DNA of 64,000 bases. Origin: an uncultured beta proteobacterium (lineage in GTDB: Bacteria > Pseudomonadota > Gammaproteobacteria > Burkholderiales > SHXO01). This document shows, piece by piece, positions 42,101 through 50,839 of this stretch. The DNA lies in NCBI GenBank assembly GCA_963772865.1, contig CAVYZA010000023.1, positions 18,664-82,663 of the forward strand, written 5' to 3'. Numbering within the stretch: position 1 is the stretch's first letter; each line of letters opens with the position of its first letter. The notes beneath the pieces were generated by a model. That model saw only the letters and a list, made by a program, of their open reading frames with translations. It made no database searches and had not been told where the DNA came from. A program made the translations under genes and the position numbers.

Positions 42101-42120
42101 AATGCGAATTATACGCAATA
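42101..42120. promoter_or_regulatory. weak Fur-box-like site proximal to the FTR1 operon
   Basis: AATGCGAATTATACGCAATA shares AATGCGAAT-ATTAT with the stronger box at 42173. It lies 33 nt upstream of the FTR1 start. Confidence 0.3.
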
Positions 42121-42172
42121 TTTTACTGTCAACACCCTGACGGGGCAGTACTTCGAGGATCTTGTTGCAATA

Positions 42173-42191
42173 CTTAATGCGAATCATTATC
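42173..42191. promoter_or_regulatory. Fur box candidate
   Basis: CTTAATGCGAATCATTATC matches consensus GATAATGATAATCATTATC at 15 of 19 positions by my count, including a perfect AATCATTATC half. It sits in the AT-richer divergent region between the FTR1 operon and DUF2325-bfd-bfr. Confidence 0.6.
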
Positions 42192-42243
42192 ATTACTTCT
42201 CCGCTGAGCTTACGGCCGGCATCTCGTCAGGGAATCGCAACGA

Positions 42244-42576
42244 ATGGACGCAACAGTGGTGGGAGCCGACCGGCTGGGCAACATTCCCCAAGTACTCAAG
42301 GAGCACGGCATCGACATCTGCCGTCACATCAGCGGCCGCGACGCCGCCGACCAGCGCCGTGTCGGCGCGTTGCCGCGTGGGACGCAGCTGCTCATTCTGT
42401 TCACCGATTTCCTCAACCACAACGCCATGCGCGGGTTTCGGCGCGCCGCCCAGGATCAGGGCGTGCCGGTGCTGGCTTGCCGGCGATCGGTCAGCTGCCT
42501 GGTCGAGGCCCTCAACCGCCACCCGATCAAGGCGGCGGGGTGCGCCGCTTGCCCGTTGCGGCGCGAAGACGATTGA
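42244..42576 (+). CDS. DUF2325-like small protein
   Basis: 110 aa: VVGADRLGNIPQVLKEHGIDICRHISGR..LLILFTDFLNHNAMRGFRRAAQDQGVPVLACRRS. Family assignment from memory. Confidence 0.55.
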   Translation: MDATVVGADRLGNIPQVLKEHGIDICRHISGRDAADQRRVGALPRGTQLLILFTDFLNHNAMRGFRRAAQDQGVPVLACRRSVSCLVEALNRHPIKAAGCAACPLRREDD

Positions 42577-42628
42577 CACTCATTCTCATTTCTGGGTAAG
42601 ATTTCACCCGTTCTACAGCTAGCCAGCC

Positions 42629-42826
42629 ATGTTCATCTGCATCTGCAACGGCGTCACTGAGCGGCAGGTCCGAACCGCGATCGAGCAGGGCGCGGCGTCG
42701 GTCCACGACTTGAGCGCATGCCTCGGCGTGGCGGCTGGTTGCGGCTGCTGCGCAAAGTTCGCGGCAGATCTGATCTCGGAAGCGCAGCAGGCTCCGACGC
42801 CGCATCAGGTCCCGATAGCGGCCTGA
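42629..42826 (+). CDS. bfd: bacterioferritin-associated ferredoxin
   Basis: MFICICNGVTERQVRTAI..GCGCC: the BFD-like [2Fe-2S] Cys pattern, directly upstream of bfr. Confidence 0.85.
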   Translation: MFICICNGVTERQVRTAIEQGAASVHDLSACLGVAAGCGCCAKFAADLISEAQQAPTPHQVPIAA

Positions 42827-42908
42827 AGCCTTCGCTCCCCGTGCAGCACGGGCGTCAGCCAACGCCTGGCGCTATAATTGACGGTCATCCTTCTCCGACG
42901 GAGCCGTC

Positions 42909-43373
42909 ATGCAGGGCGACAAGAAAGTCCTCGAGTACCTCAACAAGGTCCTGGTCAACGAGCTCACGGCGATCAACCAGTATTTCCTGCATGCCCGCAT
43001 GTTTCGCAACTGGGGCCTGAAGAAGCTCGACGACTACGAGTATCACGAGTCGATCGACGAGATGAAGCACGCCGACCGCCTCATCAATCGCATTCTGTTT
43101 CTCGAGGGCCTGCCCAACCTGCAGCAGCTCAACAAGCTGCTGATCGGTGAGAACGTGCCCGAGGCGCTCAAGTGCGACCTGCAGCTCGAGATGGCGGCGC
43201 TGCCGCTGCTCAAGGAAGCCATTGCATACTGCGAATCGGTTGCGGACTACATCACCCGCGAGCTCTTCGAGGACATCCTCGAGAGCGAAGAGGAGCATGT
43301 CGACTGGCTGGAGACCCAGCTCGGCCTGATCGACCAGACCGGCCTGCAGAACTATCTGCAGTCCCAGATGTAG
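42909..43373 (+). CDS. bfr: bacterioferritin
   Basis: [59 protein letters not shown]. Confidence 0.93.
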   Translation: MQGDKKVLEYLNKVLVNELTAINQYFLHARMFRNWGLKKLDDYEYHESIDEMKHADRLINRILFLEGLPNLQQLNKLLIGENVPEALKCDLQLEMAALPLLKEAIAYCESVADYITRELFEDILESEEEHVDWLETQLGLIDQTGLQNYLQSQM

Positions 43374-43391
43374 CCTGCGGACCGCAGGTCG

Positions 43392-44353
43392 ATGTATCCA
43401 CTGCCACGCTCGCTGGCCTGCCTGGCCGGCGCGCTGCTGGTTGTCGGCTGCGCGGCGCACCCAGCTCCAAGCACGACACCCCCACGCCACCGACACCCCC
43501 CGCGCCGGCTGCGCCGCCCGAGGCCGCACCGATCGTGGTGCCACCTCCGAAGATCGCCCTGGCGCTGGGCGGGGGCGCTGCCAAGGGCTTCGCGCACATC
43601 GGTGCCATCAAGGCTCTGGAGGCGCAGGGCATCAAGCCGGAGATCATCGTCGGCACCAGCGCCGGAAGCCTGGTCGGCGCTCTGTATGCCTCTGGCCTCG
43701 ACGGTTTCGAGCTGCAGCGCTTGTCCCTCGACATGAAGGAATCCATGCTCAGCGATTGGTCGTTGCCCGATCGCGGGGTGTTCAAGGGCGAGGCGTTGCA
43801 GGAGTTCGTGAACAAGACGGTGCACAACCGCCCCATCGAGCAGTTGCCGCGCAAATGCGCGATCGTGGCCACCGATCTGCAGAGCGGCGAGATGATCGTG
43901 TTCGAGCGCGGCGACACCGGCACCGCGGTGCGCGCCTCGAGCAGCGTGCCCGGGGTGTTCCAGCCGGTACGGATTTCGGGCCGGGAATACGTCGACGGCG
44001 GGCTGGTGAGCCCGGTGCCGGTGCGAGTCGCACGGCGGCTGGGAGCAGACATCGTCATCGCGGTCGACATCTCGGCGCGGCCCAGCAAGGCGCCGCTGGT
44101 CGGTACCGTCGACGTGCTGCTGCAGACCTTTGCGATCATGGGCAATGCCATCGCCGCGGGCGAGCTGCCGGAGGCGGACGTGGCGATCAGGCCGGATATC
44201 TCGAAGTTGTCGTCGACGGATTTTGGCGGGCGGCACCTCGCCATACTCGAGGGTGAGCGGGCCACCCAGGCCATGATCCCCGAGCTCAAGCGCAAGCTCG
44301 CAGAACGCGAGCAGCGCGTGCGCGCCGAGCTCGCCAACACGGGTGCCAAGTGA
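43392..44353 (+). CDS. patatin-like phospholipase family lipoprotein (frameshift near 43480)
   Basis: Lipobox LVVGC at the N-terminus. Then ALGGGAAKGFAHIGAIKALE, GTSAGSLVGALYA (GxSxG), DGGLVSPVP. Confidence 0.82.
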
Positions 44354-44495
44354 GAGCTGCGTGACAGTGCAGATCGGCCGCAGTCGGGCATGCAGAACGC
44401 GGGAGTGGTGGCGCAGCGTGTTGGCTCGTCCACGACAACGCGTGTCTTTGTGCAGCCCGGTTCTTTGCCGGAGTCTTCACCGCGCTCAATACCTC

Positions 44496-45173
44496 ATGCG
44501 TAACGTCGACTGGTACTTCGACTTCATCTCCCCTTACGCGTGGCTGCAGGCGGAGACCCTGGATCGCCTGCCCTCGGACGCGCTGCTGGCTTGCAAGCCG
44601 GTGCTGTTCGCGGGCCTGCTGGAACATTGGGGCCAGCTTGGCCCCGCAGAGATCCCGCCCAAGCGCACGTTCACCTATCAGTACATCGTGTGGCGTGCTC
44701 ACAAGCTCGGCTTGCGGGCATGTCCGCCGCCGCATCATCCGTTCAACCCGTTGCCGCTGCTGCGTCTGGCGATCGTGCTCGGCGACGATCGCGCCGCCAT
44801 GCTGCGCCTGTTTCGATTCGCGTGGAGCGAAGGCAAGGTGGCGGACGACCCCGAGGCATGGAGCGCGCTGGTCACCGAGCTGGGGGTGGCAGATGCCGAT
44901 GCGCGGATCGCCGCGCCCGAAGTGAAGGCGCAGCTGCGACGCAACGGCGAGGAGGCGGTGGCGCGCGGTGTATTCGGTGTGCCGACGTTGCTGATCGACG
45001 ATAGGCTGTTCTGGGGCGCGGATGCGATCGACATGGCGGCCGACTACCTGCGGGGCGACCCGCTGTTCGCGTCCGAGCAGATGCACCGCGCCGGCAGCCT
45101 GCCCGAAGGTCGAGCCCGGACACGGCGTCCGCGAGTTAGGGTCTGTAGCGGCCGCGTCGCGGGCCGGCGCTGA
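44496..45173 (+). CDS. 2-hydroxychromene-2-carboxylate isomerase / DsbA-like thioredoxin-fold protein
   Basis: MRNVDWYFDFISPYAWL, GPAEIPPKR, GVFGVPTLLIDDRLFWGADAIDM. The 3' end overlaps the convergent gene, so the exact stop is uncertain. Confidence 0.75.
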   Translation: MRNVDWYFDFISPYAWLQAETLDRLPSDALLACKPVLFAGLLEHWGQLGPAEIPPKRTFTYQYIVWRAHKLGLRACPPPHHPFNPLPLLRLAIVLGDDRAAMLRLFRFAWSEGKVADDPEAWSALVTELGVADADARIAAPEVKAQLRRNGEEAVARGVFGVPTLLIDDRLFWGADAIDMAADYLRGDPLFASEQMHRAGSLPEGRARTRRPRVRVCSGRVAGRR

Positions 45174-46403
45174 ACCGGGCGAAGCGCAGAGCAGGCGCGT
45201 GATCTCGCGCATCAGGTCCTGCCCGGTGCCCAGGCCGGCATAGCGGCCGCGCTCGGTGAGAACAAACCCCTGCAGGAGATGGCGCTGCTCGCCCTGGGCG
45301 AGGTGGCCGGACAGCTCCTGGATGCTGGTCTCCTTGTCGACGATCAGCGGGTTCGGGTCCATCAACTCCCGGCAGGCCCTACTTCGCAGCAGCTCCCTGC
45401 GCAACGGCCGCACGAAGCGCTGCAGAAATGCATGCCGCTCGATCAGGCCGATCGGCCTGCCCTCATGGACCACCGCAACGGCATGCAGCGTTCGCTCGCG
45501 CTCGAAACGCGCGAGAACTTCCGAGCACGCAGTGTCCGGACCTACGGGCACGACCGGGATAAGAAGGCTTGCCGTGCTTCCCAGGGTGCGCGCGCAGGCT
45601 GTGCCGACCTTGCCGCGCGAGGCCGTGAGTACCGCCACCACGGGGTCCGGCGCTTGCAGAGGCGGCTGCGCCGAGGGGTAGGCGATGAAGTAGCCTTGCC
45701 CGTAGGGGATGCCCAGATCGCGCACGACCTCCAGCTCGGCGGCGGTCTCGATACCCTCCGCAATGATCAGCGACCCTGAAGTCCGGGCGATCTGCTGGAT
45801 CGATTTCAGGAATTGCAGCTTGAGCGGATCGCGGTCGATACCCTGCACGAAATGCATGTCGGCCTTGACGTACTGCGGCCGCAGCTCCGACCACATGCGG
45901 AAGCTCGCGAAGCCCTCTCCGAGATCATCGATGGCGACCTGGAAACCCAGCGACCGGTAGCGGGTGAGCGCGGTGCGCACACTCGAGAAATCGAACATCG
46001 GCAGATGCTCGGTCAGCTCGATGACAATGCGCTCCGGGGGCAGATCGAGCTGGCGCAGCATCTCGGCGGTAGCGGTCGTCGCCAGGCTGGACAGCGCGAG
46101 GCACTGAGGCCGCACATTCAGGAACAGGCGCCGCGGCAGGCCCAGCCGGGCGAAGGCCTGGACCACGGTGAGGCGGCACAAGCGCTCCAGTCGCAGCACC
46201 AGCCCGTGCTTGACGGCGGCGCGGAACAGCTCGACCGGCATGCGCAACGGCGTATCGACCGGACCGCGGATCAGTCCCTCGTAGCCCACCACGGCGCCGC
46301 TCGCCAGGTCGATGATCGGCTGGAAATGCGCCTCCAGCAGGCGCTCATCGATGATCCGCCGGAGCAAGGCGAGCTGATCGGATCGCGGGCTGCCTGCCGC
46401 CAT
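45136..46403 (-). CDS. EAL-domain phosphodiesterase with C-terminal CBS pair; no GGDEF domain follows; both ends approximate
   Basis: FQPIIDLASGAVVGYEGLIRG, ELTE, AIDDLGEGFASF, VKADMHFV, IIAEGIET, QGYF, then the CBS-like AVAVVHEGRPIGLIERHAFL and LLQGFVLTERGRYAGLGTGQDLM. The main frame has no stop (ORF runs to 44286, antisense of the neighbour). TAA at 45136 is in another frame. Confidence 0.65.
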
Positions 46404-46806
46404 CCGGCCGCTGTCCAGCGTCGTGTCGGTCGGCGTGTCGCAGGGTGGGGCGGCCATTGGGAAGGAGCAGGTGCGGCGCCAGGCTAGGACAACTCTCGGC
46501 TTATCGGTCTCGCCCCAGCATGCTTGAGCGCCGCCAAGAGCAGGCGAGCTAGGGGCAAGGGAGTTGGCGGCACGTGAGTTGGGGGCAGGTGAGCTGGTAG
46601 CGAGACAGGTGAACTTGCCCGCGTCCCTAGCGTGAACCACGCGCATTTCCCGCCGATGCCAAGGCAAGGCCAGGACTGTTACGGATGTAGGCGGAAACGC
46701 CCCCGGACTCTATGCCTAACGACCTATGTCCTGTCAGCCTGTGTGTGGCTATCCTGCGCTTGCCTACCGCAGCCGTCCTGCGGGGAGCTTCAACCGGAGA
46801 AGTCAG

Positions 46807-47253
46807 ATGCACGTGGCAAGCGACAATACCGCAATCAGCAGCGAACTTTGCCTTGCACTGGGACGGCTGTGCGAGGGGTCCTCATCCGCAGTCAGGGTCG
46901 CGTGTGTGCCGAGCGGTCTCGAGTACCGCTTCGTTGTGTGCGTCGAGCCACGCTGGCGCGCGGACGTATACGCCTTTCTGGCCACTTACACCAAGGCGCG
47001 GATCCCACCGGACGGCGGTCCGCTGAACCTTTCGGCACGCGAAGCATTGCGCCTCTGTGAGCAGGTCGCCGATCCCGGCGCCGAACGATCCGCTCCGCGC
47101 GTTGCCCTGTCGTCAGCCCCGCCGGATCCCTGGCGACCTCGGCGGCGTCGCGCTCAGAGACACGTTCCAGCCCTGACCGGTCAAACGGCGCTCGCGTCCA
47201 GAACTTCAGCCGCGCCAGGAAAGGTGCGACTTCGGCCCGCGAGGTGGCCGTGA
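46807..47253 (+). CDS. hypothetical protein (weak call)
   Basis: GGAGAAG SD before ATG 46807. The first ~90 aa have non-shadow composition (MHVASDNTAISSELCLALGRLCEG..YRFVVCVEPRWRADVYAFLATYTKARIPPDGGPLNLSAREALRLCEQ). The tail is Arg/Pro/Ala-rich and may be out of frame. Confidence 0.3.
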   Translation: MHVASDNTAISSELCLALGRLCEGSSSAVRVACVPSGLEYRFVVCVEPRWRADVYAFLATYTKARIPPDGGPLNLSAREALRLCEQVADPGAERSAPRVALSSAPPDPWRPRRRRAQRHVPALTGQTALASRTSAAPGKVRLRPARWP

Positions 47254-47291
47254 GGTAGAGTAACGGCGACTCGTGATGGAGGAGACCGGCG

Positions 47292-48053
47292 GTGCCCTTC
47301 TACGAACGTGGTCCCGTCCGCATCCACTACCAGGAAGTCGGCTCCGGCTACCCCCTGCTGCTGATCCCGGGCGGAGGGCTCAATTCGTCCTTCGCCTCCT
47401 GGGAGACGGTATCGCCCTTCAAGCCGATGGAGCGATACAAGGACGACTTCCGCTGCATCTGCGCCGACCTGCGCAACGCCAACCCCGGCCAGTCCAGCGG
47501 GCCGCTGGAGATCGAGCGTCCCTGGGACGCTTACACCGACGACCAGCTCGGACTCATGAACCATCTCGGCATCGACAAGTTCCTGGTCATGGGCTTCTGC
47601 ATCGGCGGGCCGATGATCCACAACCTCATCAAGCGGGCGCCGGAGCGCGTCGTCGCCGCGGCGATGATGCAGCCGAGCGGCTTCCGGCCCGAGATCCCGG
47701 ACCTCTTCTACCAGAACAACATCAAGGGCTGGGGACCGCAGCTGTGCGAGCGGCGTCCGGACGTCACGATGGCCACCGTCCACGACTTCCTCACCAGCAT
47801 GTACGCCAACCGTGCTGATTTCGTGTTCACGGTGTCGCGCGATTTCGTGGGCTCGATCCAGACGCCGCTCCTGATCGCGCCAGACGACGTGCCCGCGCAC
47901 CCGTACAAGGTCGCGATGGAAGTGGCAAGCCTCGCCAGGAATTCCGAGGTGACCATCTATCCGTGGAAGGATTCGCAGGAGCACATCGAGGAGGTCGTGG
48001 AGCACGCGCGCCGCTTCCTCAAGGCGCACGTCTCCGCGAGCGCCAGGACGTAA
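47292..48053 (+). CDS. alpha/beta hydrolase fold protein
   Basis: Intact 253 aa, GTG start after GGAGGAG. YPLLLIPGGG. Nucleophile elbow region VMGFCIGG. Confidence 0.7.
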   Translation: MPFYERGPVRIHYQEVGSGYPLLLIPGGGLNSSFASWETVSPFKPMERYKDDFRCICADLRNANPGQSSGPLEIERPWDAYTDDQLGLMNHLGIDKFLVMGFCIGGPMIHNLIKRAPERVVAAAMMQPSGFRPEIPDLFYQNNIKGWGPQLCERRPDVTMATVHDFLTSMYANRADFVFTVSRDFVGSIQTPLLIAPDDVPAHPYKVAMEVASLARNSEVTIYPWKDSQEHIEEVVEHARRFLKAHVSASART

Positions 48054-48247
48054 AGAAAGCAGCGGGTCAAAAAGGAAGCGCCGGAAAGATCGCTTCCCTG
48101 AGGGCCCTCTGCACTCCCAGCTTGCCGTCCGCGCAATCCGCGGCGGCGGGCATCTGCAGTACAACCGAAAGGAAGAGCAACGACAGACGAGACCGACTTA
48201 GGCTCGCCGGCTCATCCGCTGAGCCCTCGAGCGACGGGTCAAGAAGG

Positions 48248-48276
48248 AAGCGCCGGAAGGATCCCTTCCGGCGCTT
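48248..48276 (-). terminator. stem-loop terminator downstream of ssrA
   Basis: AAGCGCCGGAAGG-ATC-CCTTCCGGCGCTT: a 13-bp perfect stem 11 nt past the tmRNA CCA end. Confidence 0.6.
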
Positions 48277-48287
48277 GCAAGCAAGAT

Positions 48288-48936
48288 TGGTGGAGGCGGC
48301 GGGACAGCTGATCTGCTTCTTTCGAAACAGGCTGGACTATGCCTTCATCCCGGTCGCCCGGGATGCGGAGCGTGTTATTCGTCGGAAGCTTTCCGGCGAA
48401 TCCTAGTGCCGGCCCCGGCAGTCCCCTGCGTCGGCCGGTCTATGAGTCTCTACAGGGCAGGCCTGAGGTTAGCCCCCTACCTACCCCTCGGCGTTGCCAT
48501 GCCACCTTACGGCGGCAACAGGTTTCACCGATGTGAGCCCCGTTTTCACTCTGCCCTTGCGGGCAGAGGCGACCATTGATCGAACCCGCGTCCGTAAGCC
48601 CTCTACAGTCAGTTACTACATGCTTAGCCAGGCCGTTTGATTTAGCCCTTCAACCGCCGGCCGGCGGGCTGATGTCGGGCGAGCTACCTAACGATTTGAT
48701 GCCGGGCAAAGTAGCCCTGCACGGCACGATCTCATGTAAATGACTCTGCTCTCCTCACCCTTGCGGGATCGGATCCGGCCCATGAGTAAACCGGGGCAGA
48801 GTCCGGCCGGTGTTAGGCGGCCAGAGCGTAGCTGTCGTCGTTGGCGACTATAGAGTTTCCAGCGGATTTACAAGGTGACTGGACCTTGACATGCACTGAG
48901 CTGCTTTGCGACCCACGTCGAAACCAAGTCGCCCCC
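48288..48936 (-). ncRNA. ssrA: tmRNA (ssrA), one-piece, interrupted in the T-loop by a 274-nt insert; tag ANDDSYALAA
   Basis: Minus-strand reading. The 5' end is GGGGGCGACTTGGTTTCGACG. The tag reading frame is ..ATAGTC GCC AAC GAC GAC AGC TAC GCT CTG GCC GCC TAA (48845..48813). Conserved CTAAGCATGTAGTAAC..GGACGCGGGTTCGAT ends at 48579. The 3' half TCCCGCCGCCTCCACCA is at 48304..48288. The acceptor stem has G3:U. Confidence 0.9.
48305..48578 (-). mobile_element. ORF-less group I intron (Azoarcus-like IC3 core) inside the tmRNA T-loop
   Basis: The insert follows a U and ends in G. GNRA-capped hairpins: CTCTGCCC-GCAA-GGGCAGAG and GCCGCC-GTAA-GGTGGC. Core strings GGTGAAACC, ATGGCAACGCCGAG (pairs with TCGGTG as P4) and GTAGAGACT..AGAC.GGC match the Azoarcus tRNA-Ile intron as I recall it. 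Confidence 0.75.
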
Positions 48937-48994
48937 ACATGCGCAATGTGGCATTCCGGGCTCGAATTTTCAAGCCCGTTCTGAAGGCTCGCAA

Positions 48995-50019
48995 TCACTG
49001 TGCCGGCGGCGTGACCAGGCCGACGACCTCGACTTCGACTCGCCGGTCGGGCGCCAGGCACTTGATCAGACGCTGGCCTCTCATGCCTTTGCACGTCTCC
49101 GCGGTGGTGACGGGATCGTTTTTGCCGCGTCCAATTGCCTGCACCCGGTTGGCTTCCACGCTGCGGCCCACCAGGTACTGCTTGACGGAGTCGGCTCGCC
49201 GCTCGGACAGCTTCTGGTTGTAGGCATCCGTGCCGATGCGATCCGTATAGCCGACGATCGTGATGGCGCCGATCTGCGCTGCGCCCATTTCCGCAATCAG
49301 CTTGTCGAGCTCGGCCTGTCCGGAGGGAGTGAGTTGCGCGCGGTCGAAGTGGAACTGCGTGTCGGCCGCCAATCGCAGCTTGTGCGGTTTGGGCTGGGCC
49401 GGTGGGGTGGGCGGCGGGAGGGTGGCTTCGGGGGTGGGGGCCGGAGGTGCTTGCCCTTCCGGGGCGGTGGCGAGGTGCTTCGGCTGACTTCCGCGGGTGG
49501 CTCGGGTGGTGCAGCAGCGGCTTCGGCCTGCGGTTCTGGCGCCATCGCCTCCTCGGTCGCGGCGATTTCCTGGTCGTACTTGGAGTCCGCGCTGGCCTCG
49601 GCCAGCGCTTCCGCCGCCACCACCTCCTCGTTGGCAGACACGGCGGGTGCGCTGACCGGCTGTTCCTGGACAACCGGCGCGGGTGGCGGCACCGGCGCCG
49701 GTACCGGCTCTACCGGTTTGGGCGCGGCCACCACCTCGGGTGCGGGTGCGGGCGGGGCAGCCGCGGGCGCGGGTGCGTTAGCGGTCTCCACCTCACCTTC
49801 CACGCAGCGTCGGAGTGGCAATCCGGCCTCTGGCAGGGTCGTGCGCACGCACTGGCCCGTAACAGTCGTCCGCGCGGCGTTGCCGAAGGTGTCCGAAACG
49901 TAGTCTCTTCGTTTGGGGGCAAGCTGATCTGCGCTGGCGCCAGGCAGCCAGACCGCGGCGGCGCCGAGTGCTGCCGCCAGCGTCGCGCAGGCGAGCGCGC
50001 ACCCGAGTTTCGATGTCAT
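48995..50019 (-). CDS. OmpA-family protein, paralog 1 (frame changes in the Pro/Ala-rich linker)
   Basis: N-terminus MTSKLGCALACATLAAALGAAAV..LAPKRRDYVSDTFGNAARTTVTGQCVRT. C-terminal OmpA domain in ORF 48995..49372: FHFDRAQLTPSGQAELDKL, VGYTDRIGTDAYNQKLSERRADSVKQYLV. Confidence 0.8.
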
Positions 50020-50167
50020 GATGGTCTCCCCAATTGAGCGTTGTTCCCGCCGCAGTCCCCGCCGGTACCGGCGCGGCCGCAAGTCAGAGCTCGGACCAAA
50101 TGTAGCACGCGGCAATGGGGTCTGCATCGATCGCCGGCGCCATGGCCGCGTGCTCGACTGGCGCTGC

Positions 50168-50839
50168 TCAGAGCAGGTACAGGAGGTCGAGCGGCTGCTC
50201 GATCGCGGCGTCCGCTTTCCAGCTCAGAGGTGCGGGATTCTCTCCGAGGTAGCCGTACAGGGCTACTACGGACTGCATGCCGGCAGCACGGCCTGCCTGC
50301 ACATCGCGTTCGTCGTCGCCGATGTACACGCAGCCTGCGGCCGACGATCCCAGCCGGCGGGCCGCTTCCAGCAGCGGGTCGGGATGAGGCTTGGCACGGG
50401 CACAGGTGTCGCCGCTGATCACGCAGCCGGCGCGCTGCGCGAGTCCGAGCAAGTCCAGCAGCGGGTCGGTGAACCGCGCGAGCTTGTTCGTCACCACGCC
50501 CCAGGCGAGACCTTGCCGCTCCAGCGCATCGAGCAGTTGCGGCACGCCCTCGAACAGCCTGGTATGCCGGACCAGGTTGTCCGCATACAGGTCGAGGAAC
50601 TCGTCGCGCATCGAGTCGTAGCCATCCTGGCCGGGCGTGAGGCCGAATCCCACGCGCAGCAGACCGCGTGCGCCTTGCGAAACCACCGGACGCAGCTGCT
50701 CGAGAGGCATTTCCTCGAGACCTCTCGCCAGCCGCTGGAGGTTGAGGACATAACCCAGGTCGGGCGCGGTGTCGGCAAGGGTGCCGTCGAGGTCGAAGAG
50801 AACGGTGCGCAGACCTGAGCGTGCGGATCCCGCGCTCAC
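50168..50839 (-). CDS. gph: phosphoglycolate phosphatase (HAD family)
   Basis: GTG 50839 overlaps the ubiG stop. [34 protein letters not shown]. Confidence 0.82.
   Translation of the reverse strand: MSAGSARSGLRTVLFDLDGTLADTAPDLGYVLNLQRLARGLEEMPLEQLRPVVSQGARGLLRVGFGLTPGQDGYDSMRDEFLDLYADNLVRHTRLFEGVPQLLDALERQGLAWGVVTNKLARFTDPLLDLLGLAQRAGCVISGDTCARAKPHPDPLLEAARRLGSSAAGCVYIGDDERDVQAGRAAGMQSVVALYGYLGENPAPLSWKADAAIEQPLDLLYLL

Noticed and set aside
44286-46667. 793-aa ORF
   Set aside because: Only the central part (EAL plus CBS) is protein-like. The C-terminal ~280 aa are antisense to the DsbA-like gene and the N-terminal part is upstream non-coding sequence.
48288-48936. Two-piece (circularly permuted) tmRNA or an island-disrupted ssrA
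   Set aside because: The order 5' acceptor - tag - pseudoknot region - T-arm 5' half - insert - T-arm 3' half/CCA is collinear, not permuted. The insert has no integrase or att-like duplication of ssrA sequence. It has group I intron hallmarks instead.
48813-49673. 286-aa ORF ending in ...ANDDSYALAA
   Set aside because: Its C-terminus is the tmRNA tag reading frame. The rest runs through the tmRNA 5' region and out of frame across the OmpA paralog 1 gene (same strand). It is not a protein gene.
47292-50019. Genomic island or prophage integrated at ssrA
   Set aside because: No integrase, phage or transposase genes lie on either side. The neighbours are an alpha/beta hydrolase and an OmpA-family gene with host-like composition.
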